From NCBI GenBank assembly GCA_049287045.1, contig JBAQFC010000001.1, positions 67,309 through 131,308 of the forward strand: 64,000 nucleotides of DNA. Direction: 5' to 3'. Made by a program: the position numbers and the translations under genes. Each line of letters begins with the position of its first letter. The first letter of the stretch is position 1. The notes below the pieces were generated by a model. It searched no databases and had not been told where the DNA came from. It worked only from the letters and a program-made list of their open reading frames with translations. Below are positions 29,257 through 39,200 of this stretch, piece after piece. The DNA is from Minisyncoccia bacterium. GTDB taxonomy: Bacteria; Patescibacteriota; Minisyncoccia; Phycocordibacterales; UBA9973.

Positions 29257-30285
29257 ATGGCAAAGACAATAAAAGTAGGAATAAACGGTTTTGGAAGAAT
29301 AGGACGAGCATTTTTAAAAATTGCTTGGGACAGACCCGAAATAGAAATAGTTGCAGTCAATGATCTGGGTGATGTTGCCAATATGGCGTACCTTTTGAAA
29401 TACGATACAGTTTATCGAACATGGAAGCATGACATAAAAGCTGAAGGTAACGAACTTGTTATTGATGGAAAAAGAATCAAAGTTCTTGCCGAGAGAGACC
29501 CAGCGGTATTGCCTTGGGGAGCTTTAGGTGTGGATGTTGTAGTTGAATCAACTGGACTTTTCACTACATATGACAAAGCCAATGCTCACATTACAGCGGG
29601 TGCGAAAAAAGTAGTCATTTCTGCTCCAGCCAAAGAGGGCGATGGTACGGTGAATGGTGCAACTATCTTGATGGCAATTAATGAAGAAAAATTCGGCACT
29701 TGTGATATTACTTCCAATGCTTCTTGTACAACTAATGCTGCAAGTCCTTTGATTGGGATTTTACACGAAGCTCTTGGTATTGAAAAAGCATTACTCAATA
29801 CTGTACATGGATACACTGCTTCTCAGAGTATTGTCGATGGACCAAATAAAAAAGATTTTCGTGAGGGACGAGCAGCAGCGCAAAATATCGTGCCATCTTC
29901 CACCGGTGCAGCTATCGCTGTGACCAAAGCATTTCCAGAATTAACAAATCTTTTTGATGGCATCTCAATGCGTGTGCCAGTACCTGCTGGAAGTATTGTT
30001 GATATCACTTTTATTTCTAAAAAACCTACAACTGCAGAAGAAGTAAATGCAATTCTTAAAAAGGCGAGCCAGGACCCAAAGTGGAGTACTGTTTTTTCGG
30101 TGACCGAAGAAGATTTAGTTTCATCCGACATTTTAGGAGAATCCCATGGTTCAATTGCTGATTTAAAAATGACTCGTGTTGTCGGTGGTAATCTTGTAAA
30201 AGTAATGGGCTGGTACGACAACGAAATGGGGTACACTCATACTCTTGTTGATCATGTTATTAAAACAGGAAATACTATAAAATAA
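29257..30285 (+). CDS. gap: Glyceraldehyde-3-phosphate dehydrogenase
   Basis: GINGFGRIGR and the catalytic SNASCTTN motif. Confidence 0.95.
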   Translation: MAKTIKVGINGFGRIGRAFLKIAWDRPEIEIVAVNDLGDVANMAYLLKYDTVYRTWKHDIKAEGNELVIDGKRIKVLAERDPAVLPWGALGVDVVVESTGLFTTYDKANAHITAGAKKVVISAPAKEGDGTVNGATILMAINEEKFGTCDITSNASCTTNAASPLIGILHEALGIEKALLNTVHGYTASQSIVDGPNKKDFREGRAAAQNIVPSSTGAAIAVTKAFPELTNLFDGISMRVPVPAGSIVDITFISKKPTTAEEVNAILKKASQDPKWSTVFSVTEEDLVSSDILGESHGSIADLKMTRVVGGNLVKVMGWYDNEMGYTHTLVDHVIKTGNTIK

Positions 30286-30286
30286 T

Positions 30287-30781
30287 ATGAAAATATTTAT
30301 CGCATCAGATCATGCTGGTTATGATTTAAAAGAAAAACTTCGAGATTTTTTAGTTGATCTTGGACATGAAGCTGAGGACAAGGGTCCTTTGATTTTTGAT
30401 GCGAATGATGATTATCCTGATTATATAAAACTAGTTGCTGAGGCTGTCGCTAGAAATCCAGAAGGAAGTTTTGGTATTGTTATTGGTGGTAGTGGGCAAG
30501 GGGAAGCGATAGTTGCCAATCGGGTACCGGGTGTTCGTGCAATGACTTTTTATGGACCAAGACTTCCATTAGGAGATATCAATATTGAAGGACATCACAG
30601 TGATGATCCATATGAAATAGTCAGACTTGCACGACAGCACAACGATGCAAATATTTTATCCATTGGTGCACGTTTTGTTTCTGAAGAAGAAGCGAGACAA
30701 GCGATTTTGATTTTTATGGATACAGAATTTTCAAACGAAGAAAGACATTTTAGAAGAATTAAAAAAATAGATAACAAATAA
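30287..30781 (+). CDS. rpiB: Ribose-5-phosphate isomerase B
   Basis: MKIFIASDHAGYDLKE..., RpiB/LacA family. Confidence 0.9.
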   Translation: MKIFIASDHAGYDLKEKLRDFLVDLGHEAEDKGPLIFDANDDYPDYIKLVAEAVARNPEGSFGIVIGGSGQGEAIVANRVPGVRAMTFYGPRLPLGDINIEGHHSDDPYEIVRLARQHNDANILSIGARFVSEEEARQAILIFMDTEFSNEERHFRRIKKIDNK

Positions 30782-30784
30782 TAT

Positions 30785-31501
30785 ATGCCTGAAATAATAC
30801 CCGCAGTCCTTACAAAAAATTACGATGATTTAAAAAATAAAATAGCACTTGTACGTGGAGTTACTCCAATAGTGCAGGTGGATATTTGTGATGGAGTTTA
30901 CACTCAAAATTATACTTGGCCTTTTCGTTCGACAGGATCAGATAGAGAAGTAGCTGAGTTGGATTTTCATGCACAAGACATTTTAGGTGAGCGCGAAGGT
31001 CTTCCTTTTTGGGAAGATATTGAATTCGAGTTGGACTTGATGGTGATGGATGCTGTAGATAATTTTGATTTTTATATGAAGTTTGGACCCAAGAGAGTTG
31101 TTTTCCATCTTGAGGCACAAAGAGATTTAGATTCTTTTAGAGATTTTCTAGAAGGTATGGATATGTATATTAGAGAGACGATACAGGTGGGTGTGGCAAT
31201 AAAACCAGGTACACCATTGGAAAATATTTTACCAATCGTTCCTTTCATTGATTTCGTACAATGCATGGGTATTGAAAAAGTTGGTTTTCAAGGACAAGAT
31301 TTTGATGAACGTGTTTTAGACCAAATAAAAAATTTGAAAGAAAAATTTCCAGAGCTTACTGTTAGTGTTGATGGGGGAGTCAATGTAGATACAGCTCAAG
31401 AACTTGTGAGTGCTGGTGCAGATAGATTAGTCATCGGTAGTGCTATTTTTAATACCAGTGACATCATCGGTACTGTTGAGATGTTTGAGAATTTGGTATA
31501 A
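30785..31501 (+). CDS. rpe: Ribulose-phosphate 3-epimerase-like TIM-barrel protein
   Basis: N-terminal I.PAVL...VDICDG and C-terminal VDGGVNVDTAQELVSAGADRLVIGSAIF motifs. It sits within the pentose-phosphate operon. Confidence 0.65.
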   Translation: MPEIIPAVLTKNYDDLKNKIALVRGVTPIVQVDICDGVYTQNYTWPFRSTGSDREVAELDFHAQDILGEREGLPFWEDIEFELDLMVMDAVDNFDFYMKFGPKRVVFHLEAQRDLDSFRDFLEGMDMYIRETIQVGVAIKPGTPLENILPIVPFIDFVQCMGIEKVGFQGQDFDERVLDQIKNLKEKFPELTVSVDGGVNVDTAQELVSAGADRLVIGSAIFNTSDIIGTVEMFENLV

Positions 31502-31510
31502 TAATACTAA

Positions 31511-32404
31511 ATGATTTTAACTCAAGAAAAAATTTGGAAGCTACAAGAAACTGCGAATAATATTCGTGTCTCTATTATTGAATCTTTAATTGAAGCAAAG
31601 TCTGGTCACACTGCTGGACCTCTCGGTATGGCAGATATTTTTACTCTTTTTTATTTTCATATTTTGCGTCATGATCCGAAAAATCCTGCATGGCCCGAGC
31701 GTGATAGATTTGTACTTTCCAATGGTCACATTTGCCCGGTACTTTATGCCACGATGGCACACTCAGGATATTTCCCTGTAGAAGAATTGAAAACTTTAAG
31801 AAAATTCGGTTCACGTTTACAAGGTCACCCTCATCGAGAATATTTACCATATGTAGAGACTTCTTCCGGACCTCTTGGTCTTGGGCTTTCTCAAGCTGTC
31901 GGTATGGCTTTGGCAGACAGGATAGATAATGGTGCTGGCACTGATAGATTTATTTATTGCTTTATGTCTGATGGTGAACATAACGAAGGAAATACTTGGG
32001 AAGCGATGATGCTTGCCGGAAAAAATAAACTAAGAAATCTTATTGCAGTTGTGGACAGAAATAATATTCAGATTGATGGCTTCACTGAAAATATCATGCC
32101 TCTAGAGCCCCTGGCTGACAAATGGCGATCTTTCGGTTGGCATGTGATAGAAGTCTCTGGTCACGATTTTCAGGCTTTAAATGAAGCTGTAGAAGAAGCA
32201 CAGGCTGTCTATGAAAAGCCTTCCGTTATCATTGCTCATACAATACCCGGTAAAGGTGTGAAAGAATTTGAGAGGGATTATCGTTGGCACGGAACACCTC
32301 CTGGTACAGGCCCAGAGGACAAAATTAAAAAAGACAAACAAGGTGAAGTCGCATTAGCAGAACTTCGTACTTTAGGTGGACAAATTAGAAGTGAACATCA
32401 ATAG
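31511..32404 (+). CDS. Transketolase, N-terminal (ThDP-binding) subunit
   Basis: GHTAGPLGMADI...SNGH...GPLGLGLSQAVGMA; split-gene architecture. Confidence 0.9.
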   Translation: MILTQEKIWKLQETANNIRVSIIESLIEAKSGHTAGPLGMADIFTLFYFHILRHDPKNPAWPERDRFVLSNGHICPVLYATMAHSGYFPVEELKTLRKFGSRLQGHPHREYLPYVETSSGPLGLGLSQAVGMALADRIDNGAGTDRFIYCFMSDGEHNEGNTWEAMMLAGKNKLRNLIAVVDRNNIQIDGFTENIMPLEPLADKWRSFGWHVIEVSGHDFQALNEAVEEAQAVYEKPSVIIAHTIPGKGVKEFERDYRWHGTPPGTGPEDKIKKDKQGEVALAELRTLGGQIRSEHQ

Positions 32405-32431
32405 TTCGGCAAGCTCACTATAAATAAATTT

Positions 32432-33430
32432 ATGTTAAACCCAGAATTAAAATTAAACTCAAAACTTTTTGCTCTAGACGTTGAGCAAGTTCCAATTCGT
32501 AAAGGATTCGGTCAGGGACTTTTGGCTGCAGGTGAGTTGGATAAAAATATTGTCGGTCTTTGTGCAGATTTGACCGAGAGTACTCAGATGAATTTATTCG
32601 CAGAAAAATTTCCAGAAAGATTTATAGAGATAGGAGTTGCCGAACAAAATCTAGCAGCTGTCGCTTCGGGTATGGCAGCGATGGGCAAGATCCCTTTTAT
32701 TTCTTCGTACGCTATGTTTTCTCCAGGTAGAAACTGGGAGCAGATCCGTACTACTATTTGTTATAACAATCGACCGGTCAAAATTGCGGGATCTCATGCT
32801 GGAGTTTCTGTTGGTCCTGACGGTGGCACGCATCAAGCTATCGAGGATATTGCCATCACTCGTGTTATTCCCAATATGCATGTTATATCTCCTTGTGATG
32901 CAATAGAAGCAAAGAAAGCTACATTGGCATTGGCCAAGACAACCTTTCCTACTTATTTACGATTGGTTCGTGAAAAGACTCCAATCATCACTACCGAAGA
33001 AACTCCATATGAGGCAGGTAAAGCACAAATTTATTGGATGCCTGATATTGGTTTGGCTCAGGTTGGAATAGTTGCCACAGGCGCACTTCTTTATAAAGCA
33101 CTATTGGCAGCGAAAGAATTGGAAGCTGAAGGGATAAAAGTAAAAGTTATGAATTTGTCTTCGATTAAGCCGATTGATGCTGAGGCTCTGACAATTTTAG
33201 CTAAAGAAACAAAAGCAATCGTGACAGTTGAAGAACACCAGATAGCTGGGGGAATGGGTTCTGCTGTAGCAGAAGTTCTAGCCCAAAATTATCCTGTGCC
33301 GATAGAATTCGTTGGTGTACATGATAGATTTGGTCAGTCGGGTACTCCAGAAGAACTCATAGAGCACTATGGTATGGGTAAAGATTCTATTAAAGAGGCG
33401 GTGAAGAAAGTTTTAAAGAGAAAAATTTAG
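32432..33430 (+). CDS. Transketolase, C-terminal (pyrimidine-binding) subunit
   Basis: GVAEQNLAAVASGMA...SSYAMF and a C-terminal TKC domain. Confidence 0.9.
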   Translation: MLNPELKLNSKLFALDVEQVPIRKGFGQGLLAAGELDKNIVGLCADLTESTQMNLFAEKFPERFIEIGVAEQNLAAVASGMAAMGKIPFISSYAMFSPGRNWEQIRTTICYNNRPVKIAGSHAGVSVGPDGGTHQAIEDIAITRVIPNMHVISPCDAIEAKKATLALAKTTFPTYLRLVREKTPIITTEETPYEAGKAQIYWMPDIGLAQVGIVATGALLYKALLAAKELEAEGIKVKVMNLSSIKPIDAEALTILAKETKAIVTVEEHQIAGGMGSAVAEVLAQNYPVPIEFVGVHDRFGQSGTPEELIEHYGMGKDSIKEAVKKVLKRKI

Positions 33431-33777
33431 TTCAATCTTATTACATTTTCTATTTCAGACAAAGTTTCTTTGATTTTTGTTTTTGTTTCCTCTGATTGTT
33501 CCATTTCTTTCAATTTTATTAAATCTTTATTTAAATTATTTAATCTTTGAACAGAATTTTCAGTATCACCTGTCTTTGATAAAGATTCTTTCTCTATAAT
33601 TTCATTCTGCATTTCGTTTGCTATTCCTTCCAATATTTGATTGTTATCTTTTTTAGCTACAAAAAATAAACCGTCTTTAAATCCTTCTTTTAAAGGCTGA
33701 TTTTTCGTATATTCTTCAATCTTAGATCTTTCTTCTATTGGGATACTCTTGTTCCATATTGATTCTCCTTTTTCCAT
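33427..33777 (-). CDS. Small coiled-coil hypothetical protein (third gene of a three-gene set)
   Basis: 116 aa, E/K-rich with a heptad pattern. Confidence 0.35.
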   Translation of the reverse strand: MEKGESIWNKSIPIEERSKIEEYTKNQPLKEGFKDGLFFVAKKDNNQILEGIANEMQNEIIEKESLSKTGDTENSVQRLNNLNKDLIKLKEMEQSEETKTKIKETLSEIENVIRLN

Positions 33778-33798
33778 ATATTTATTTTCGTTTAATTA

Positions 33799-34161
33799 TT
33801 AATTTTCTTGGTTAGTTTTGATTAAATCGTTTCTTCTTTCTCTGTTTGTTTCTATGATTACTATTTCTTTGTTAAGTCTGATAATATCTTCTTTTAGTTT
33901 TCTGTGATCTTCTTGCATTTCTCTATAAGCAATCCCATCAAGCTTATTTAAAAATTCAAGATCTTTGTCGTCCTTTTCTATCTCTAAAGTAGGGAATTTT
34001 GTTTTAAATTCTTTTTCATTCTTATCCTTCCAATTTTCGCAATCCGCAAGTGTTTTATAGCACAAGTCTCTAATAAATTTTTCACTTTCTAGTTTCTGAG
34101 TTTTCATTTTCTCATTGTCCTCAAAAGCACTCTTTAGTTTTATTGCCGGAATTTTTTCCAT
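33799..34161 (-). CDS. Small coiled-coil hypothetical protein (second gene of the set)
   Basis: 120 aa, E/K-rich. Confidence 0.35.
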   Translation of the reverse strand: MEKIPAIKLKSAFEDNEKMKTQKLESEKFIRDLCYKTLADCENWKDKNEKEFKTKFPTLEIEKDDKDLEFLNKLDGIAYREMQEDHRKLKEDIIRLNKEIVIIETNRERRNDLIKTNQEN

Positions 34162-34173
34162 ATTTTTTAGGGT

Positions 34174-34686
34174 TTAATTTTTACTAATATCTCCTCCTGG
34201 AGTTCGTGGCTTTATATATTCTTTATTGCTAATGCTTTCCATTTGAGCTAATGCTAGACTAGCATCACTTCTTACTATTGTCTGTATTTTTTCCAATCCA
34301 ACAAGTTGTTTTTTGAGTTCTTCTTTTTTAACAGGCAGGATACCACCAGCATTTATTTTTTCTTGTAGTTCAGTGATTGATGTTTCAAGTTTATTTACAA
34401 CGTTTTGTAATCTTTTTACTTCAGCAGTTTTTTCTTCTAAATCAGTTTCTTTTTTGTTTCTATTTTCTATAAATTTTTCGTTAAGATTTAGGTCAGCCCA
34501 AAATGTCATCTTTTGGATTTCTGGATCAGCTTCTCCTATTTGTTTGATTCCTCTACCATAGATGCCTTCTTGATACTCGAAATGTTTACTAGCATTTTCA
34601 GCACGTAATTTTTCGTCCGAAGTCATTTGCATTATATTTTCTATTTGCTTACTTGCTTGTGGTATTTTTATGTTTTTTCCTTCCAT
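34174..34686 (-). CDS. Small coiled-coil hypothetical protein (first gene of the set)
   Basis: 170 aa, E/K/Q-rich. Confidence 0.35.
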   Translation of the reverse strand: MEGKNIKIPQASKQIENIMQMTSDEKLRAENASKHFEYQEGIYGRGIKQIGEADPEIQKMTFWADLNLNEKFIENRNKKETDLEEKTAEVKRLQNVVNKLETSITELQEKINAGGILPVKKEELKKQLVGLEKIQTIVRSDASLALAQMESISNKEYIKPRTPGGDISKN

Positions 34687-34704
34687 ATAATATATATATT
34701 TTTA

Positions 34705-35736
34705 TTATTTTAATATCTTTATTTTATAACTCTCAGGGGATTTTGTCAAATATTCTTCAAGTTTTTCTTTGGACAATAATCCAGCTTGTGCACCGACATA
34801 TTCCACGACAGACATTGAATTTATTGGTCCCCAGGCCAAAGCTTCAGGAATACTTTTACCCAATGCTATTGCTGTGGTAAAGGTTGATGAATAAGCATCA
34901 CCTGCACCTGTACGGTCTATTGGCGTTCCGACATCTGGATACATCGGTATAGACCAGATGTTTGTACCGTCAGATGCAATCGCGCCATTTGGTCCATCAC
35001 TGATAGATACGATTTTAGGTCCAAGAGCATGGATGCCTTTGGCTAATATTGAAACATCTTTAGTCTTAATATTCAATATTTTTTCCGCTTCTTCAGTATT
35101 ACAAAAGAAAATTTCTGTGTGGGCATAGATATCTTTTAATAATTCTGTACCGAGTTTTATTTGGAATGTTCCGGGCTGGAAAGCGAGTTTTGTCTCTGGG
35201 TGATTCTTTAAAAATTCAGCGATTTCTAGTTGGTATGGTAGGGAATTGTCAGCAAGTGAACTCAAATAAATCCAACCGATTTCTGGTAATTCTGTCGCTG
35301 GAAATTTATAATTAAATTCAGTATGTTTGATTAGGATAGTACGTTCAACACCATACCAAAGTACATAGTGATAGTTGGTTAGTTTGCCATTTTCTGTCTG
35401 TACGAAATCTGTAATGATTTTTTCTTTTTTAAGAGCAGCCAAGCAATCTGCTCCATTCAGATCATCACCGATATTGGTCAAAACAGCCGAAGAAAGTCCG
35501 AGTCTCGCAGCTGCGACAGCAGCATTGGGACTGTTGCCAACAGCACAAATTACATCGACTGATTCGTAAGGTACCTTATCTCCGAAACGCAGGCAGAGTT
35601 CTGAACTTTCAGAATCATCTAGGCCCTTGTGCACATGAGCGTCTTTAAGTTTAATAAAAGCGTCTGTGACAATATCCCCAATTGCTAAAAAATCTATTTT
35701 GCTCTTTATTTCAGTCATGATACGATTATATAACAT
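34705..35736 (-). CDS. PfkB-family carbohydrate kinase (ribokinase-like)
   Basis: N-terminal LAIGDIVTD and C-terminal GAGDAYSS anion-hole motif. Confidence 0.8.
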   Translation of the reverse strand: MLYNRIMTEIKSKIDFLAIGDIVTDAFIKLKDAHVHKGLDDSESSELCLRFGDKVPYESVDVICAVGNSPNAAVAAARLGLSSAVLTNIGDDLNGADCLAALKKEKIITDFVQTENGKLTNYHYVLWYGVERTILIKHTEFNYKFPATELPEIGWIYLSSLADNSLPYQLEIAEFLKNHPETKLAFQPGTFQIKLGTELLKDIYAHTEIFFCNTEEAEKILNIKTKDVSILAKGIHALGPKIVSISDGPNGAIASDGTNIWSIPMYPDVGTPIDRTGAGDAYSSTFTTAIALGKSIPEALAWGPINSMSVVEYVGAQAGLLSKEKLEEYLTKSPESYKIKILK

Positions 35737-35761
35737 TCGGTAAAATTTTAAAAATATTTTT

Positions 35762-37303
35762 ATGTCTAAAAAGATAATCTTTCTTTTGGTAGTTTTATTT
35801 TTATTTTCTAGATCTCATCTAGTTTTTGGTAGTCCCGTGATAAATGAATTGATGTATGATCTAGATGGTGCTGATATTGATTGGGTGGAAATTTACAATC
35901 CGAATAGTGAAGATGTTGATTTAACAAGCTTGAAACTTTTAGTTAGTAATTCGACTTCCAATCATGGAATAGTCAAACATTCTGGTTCAGAAATTCTTCA
36001 TCAAGGTGAGTACGGTATCATCGTGCCAAGTTCAGATATTGAAGCTTTTACAAACAAGTGGGGGAACTCGGGTAATATTTTTACCGCGAGTTTTTCTTTG
36101 CCCAATGAGACCGAAAAAGTTGAAATAAATAATGGAGACAAAACTTCTTCTTTGTCTTCGGTCACTTATAATTCCACGCAAGGAGCTTCGGGTGATGGTA
36201 ATTCCTTACAGCTGATAAATGGTACATGGAAAGCTGCTTTACCGACGCTCGGGTCTACAAATAATATTTCAGTTTCTACTATATCGTCCACTTCAACAAC
36301 TTCTTCCAATAGTTCAGTATCGAATAGTTCAAACAACGAGAGTTCTTATGTTCAAAATACTTCGACAATAACAAAAACTAAAATATCTGAAGAGCCTAAA
36401 ATCAAGACAAAAATTCTTTCTAAGAATTTAGTCTTTGCAGGTGTACCAGTTGAGTTTCAAGTAAAGACGACAGGGTATTCAGGTGAGACACTTTCCTCTG
36501 GAAAATATTTTTGGAATTTTGGTGACGGAGATTCTAGAGAAGCCAGTGGAACAGATAGATTTACCCATGTATATGCTTATTCAGGTGAATATGTCGTGTC
36601 TCTGGAATATTATATGAATGTTTATATTTCAGAACCAATTGCAGTTGATAAGATTACGATCAAGGTAGTACCAATACAGGTATCAATATCAAAAGTTGGA
36701 AATGAAAAAGATTTTTTTATAGAGCTTTCCAATAGTTCTGAATATGAGATAGATATTTCTAAATGGATTCTTTCTTCAGGGGAAAAGAAATTTATTTTTC
36801 CTAAAAACAGTATTATTATGCCGAAAAGATCAATAATACTTTCAGACAAGATTACGCAATTTGTTTCAAGTGATGCGAGAAATTTGAAATTAGTTCTCTC
36901 GACAGGTGAAGTTGCTTATGACTACGGTGTTTCATTGGCACCAATCGAAGTTGTAGTAAAAAATGAGATTTCCGTACAAGCCCCAGCCCCAGTTTTAGAA
37001 AAAACTACAATAAATATAAAAACAATAGAACCTGTCCAAAGTATTTCACAAAGTAATACAAGTGAGGATAAAAATATAAAAATAGAAAAAAATGTTTCTG
37101 TACCAGCTGTACAAAAAGCTAGCAAAAATTTATCAGCCTCCGCCGTAGAGAGTGGTGTGTTGCCGGGTAGTTCAAAGAATTTATATCTTTCTTTTATTGG
37201 ACTAGTTGTTTTTCTTGGGTTTAGTGCGGGTAGTGTTTATTTTATTCGTCGGAATAGAGTTGCCTTAGAAGACGGTGAAGATTTTGAAATAATCGATGAA
37301 TAA
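35762..37303 (+). CDS. Lamin-tail-domain (LTD) surface protein with a C-terminal TM anchor
   Basis: Signal peptide; LTD signature SPVINELMYDLDGADIDWVEIYNPNSEDVDLTSLKL; Ser-rich linker; C-terminal hydrophobic segment plus RRNR. Confidence 0.65.
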   Translation: MSKKIIFLLVVLFLFSRSHLVFGSPVINELMYDLDGADIDWVEIYNPNSEDVDLTSLKLLVSNSTSNHGIVKHSGSEILHQGEYGIIVPSSDIEAFTNKWGNSGNIFTASFSLPNETEKVEINNGDKTSSLSSVTYNSTQGASGDGNSLQLINGTWKAALPTLGSTNNISVSTISSTSTTSSNSSVSNSSNNESSYVQNTSTITKTKISEEPKIKTKILSKNLVFAGVPVEFQVKTTGYSGETLSSGKYFWNFGDGDSREASGTDRFTHVYAYSGEYVVSLEYYMNVYISEPIAVDKITIKVVPIQVSISKVGNEKDFFIELSNSSEYEIDISKWILSSGEKKFIFPKNSIIMPKRSIILSDKITQFVSSDARNLKLVLSTGEVAYDYGVSLAPIEVVVKNEISVQAPAPVLEKTTINIKTIEPVQSISQSNTSEDKNIKIEKNVSVPAVQKASKNLSASAVESGVLPGSSKNLYLSFIGLVVFLGFSAGSVYFIRRNRVALEDGEDFEIIDE

Positions 37304-37364
37304 ATTTGCATCTTGGCTTTAGATTTATTATGCTGTACTTGTCTTATTAATAATAATCCGAATT

Positions 37365-37415
37365 GCGTCGCGCTTCAATGGACGATTGCGCGACATGATT
37401 TCGCTAAATCAAAAA
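37365..37415 (+). promoter_or_regulatory. Conserved hairpin-containing leader motif GTCGCGC-N13-GCGCGAC-ATGATTT(C/T)GC(T/A)AAATCAAA, copy 1
   Basis: About 85% identical to 48954-49001, which lies upstream of the giant gene. Both copies contain the 7-bp stem GTCGCGC/GCGCGAC. Confidence 0.5.
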
Positions 37416-37446
37416 TCAAATGTTTAAAAACTTTTTACTTAAAAAA

Positions 37447-37635
37447 ATGCTTCGTCTCCAAGGTGTACCAGAAGCGCAGATCGATATGGTTATCAATATG
37501 ATGGAGAAAGATCCAGAGCTCTTCAAGAAAATTGCGGCTGAAGTCCAAGAAAAAATAAAAAAGGGGATGGATCAGAATGCCGCTTCAATGGAAGTAATGC
37601 AAAAGTACCAGGAAGAATTAAAAAAGCTAGCTTAG
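37447..37635 (+). CDS. Small helical hypothetical protein. The ORF opens at 37420.
   Basis: About 62 aa, K/E-rich. Confidence 0.3.
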   Translation: MLRLQGVPEAQIDMVINMMEKDPELFKKIAAEVQEKIKKGMDQNAASMEVMQKYQEELKKLA

Positions 37636-37657
37636 ACTATCTTTAATCTTCAGAAAA

Positions 37658-37688
37658 AGAGCCCTATAAATAGGGCTCTTTTTGTTCT
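37658..37688 (+). terminator. Rho-independent terminator
   Basis: AGAGCCCTA-TAAA-TAGGGCTCT followed by TTTTTGTT. Confidence 0.75.
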
Positions 37689-37775
37689 TGACATATATAC
37701 TGTAGTATGCTATACTTTGTGCATAGTTTAATTATTTTGTTCATCTAAAAATAAGTCTCAAGGAGGGGCTTCAAA

Positions 37776-38279
37776 ATGAGAAAAAAAATTATTATCGCAA
37801 TCACCGCATGTGTTGCAGTTGCAGGCTTAGCACTACTTAATGTTTTTAATGCTAATGCTAATGCTGGTTCTGGCTCAGCTAAAACATCACATGTCAAAAA
37901 ACCTGTGCAAACAGGAACAGGAACAGGAATGATTTACCGAACCAATTCAGTAACTTACCCATTGGAAAATGGAAAGTTGTTAACTGTAAAGACAACCACA
38001 CCATATATAGATGTGGTGCTGCCGGCAAAGGACACATTCTTTGTTCAAAGAAAAGAAACCTTTAAAAAGGTTATGGCAAATTACACCGACTGCAAAGGCA
38101 CTCCACAGGAATATGAAAAAACTGTCGTGGGACCTGCGCAAATAAAGTTGGTTAAGCTTCGTTTAGCTGGGAGAACAATCACTGTTCCGTTACATAAACT
38201 TGAGAAAAAAGAATATGTGACATCGGACAAACCTGCACAGCTCTGTGAAGCGACCATAGTTACGCTGAAGTATAAATAA
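37776..38279 (+). CDS. Secreted hypothetical protein
   Basis: A strong SD sequence AAGGAGGGG lies 6 nt upstream. There is a signal peptide, and two Cys residues could form a disulfide. Confidence 0.5.
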   Translation: MRKKIIIAITACVAVAGLALLNVFNANANAGSGSAKTSHVKKPVQTGTGTGMIYRTNSVTYPLENGKLLTVKTTTPYIDVVLPAKDTFFVQRKETFKKVMANYTDCKGTPQEYEKTVVGPAQIKLVKLRLAGRTITVPLHKLEKKEYVTSDKPAQLCEATIVTLKYK

Positions 38280-38300
38280 TTTTTTTCAAAATTCATCTTG

Positions 38301-38337
38301 ATAGCACCTGAATAATTTTGGGTGCTATTTTTTTTGT
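38301..38337 (+). terminator. Rho-independent terminator
   Basis: ATAGCACC-N12-GGTGCTAT followed by TTTTTTTT. Confidence 0.7.
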
Positions 38338-38358
38338 TCCAAATTAGAAATTTATTAT

Positions 38359-38634
38359 TTATTGCACAGTGTCCGGTATTTTTATATCTGAGGAGTTTAC
38401 TGGTAGGTTTAATTTTTTTTCTACTAGCAGATATCTGGTAATATCGAGACCTTGGACATCTTCGCCTTTACTTTCGGTAAAAATTTTATTTACATTTTTT
38501 ACAATAAAACCCGTTGAATAAAAAAACAAGACTACTGTTATAACAAGAAACAAAAAAATAACACCTAAATAAATTAGATCGATACGTTCTATTTTTCTTG
38601 AAATTTTTGTAATGTTTGTGTCTTTCGGGTCCAT
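38359..38634 (-). CDS. Small single-TM protein, the last gene of the minus-strand pilus-assembly operon
   Basis: 91 aa with a central TM helix. Confidence 0.3.
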   Translation of the reverse strand: MDPKDTNITKISRKIERIDLIYLGVIFLFLVITVVLFFYSTGFIVKNVNKIFTESKGEDVQGLDITRYLLVEKKLNLPVNSSDIKIPDTVQ

Positions 38635-38638
38635 AATA

Positions 38639-39199
38639 TTATTGAGATTTTTCTGTTATTAATGTTGCTTTGTATGATATAGAACATGTTCCTGTCCATC
38701 CGGATTTTTCTTGTGATGAAATATTTAAACTTTCTATTTTAGTAAAATACGGCATGCTCTCGAATTTTTGTAAATAATTTGAAAAATTATGGACATTTGT
38801 CGTTAGACTATTTGAATATGCAATTGTTGAAAGAGGGAATGCTTCTGAAGCTGCCAGTGATACTGGTGTTTCAAAACGATAGGATTGCGACACTCCATTA
38901 CTAGATGCAAGGTTGTCTAGTGCATTTATAAATGTAGAAATATTATCTGAAGGTAGGAAAGCATTACTTATCAGAACATCATTATTTCCTACTATTTGTG
39001 CATCGTGTTTGATTACAGAAAGAAGCTCAGTTCTTTTTTTAAGTTCTGTCTCGAGTTTGTTATTGAAAACAATATTGTCAGTGACAGATTCTATCTCTCT
39101 TTTTATGAAAAAAATTATTAAAATAGTAACAAGAATGACACCCAGTGAAATAAGTGCGTTACGTCCGATATACATTAATAAATTTTTTGATGTAAACAT
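38639..39199 (-). CDS. PilO-like type IV pilus assembly protein
   Basis: 186 aa with an N-terminal TM followed by a coiled coil, positioned downstream of the pilM/N-like gene. Confidence 0.4.
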   Translation of the reverse strand: MFTSKNLLMYIGRNALISLGVILVTILIIFFIKREIESVTDNIVFNNKLETELKKRTELLSVIKHDAQIVGNNDVLISNAFLPSDNISTFINALDNLASSNGVSQSYRFETPVSLAASEAFPLSTIAYSNSLTTNVHNFSNYLQKFESMPYFTKIESLNISSQEKSGWTGTCSISYKATLITEKSQ

Positions 39200-39200
39200 A

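Noticed and set aside
37313-37501. 62-aa ORF spanning the conserved leader motif
   Set aside because: It has a Cys-rich low-complexity translation and no RBS. It overlaps a motif conserved at nucleotide level, not protein level, with the copy upstream of the giant gene.
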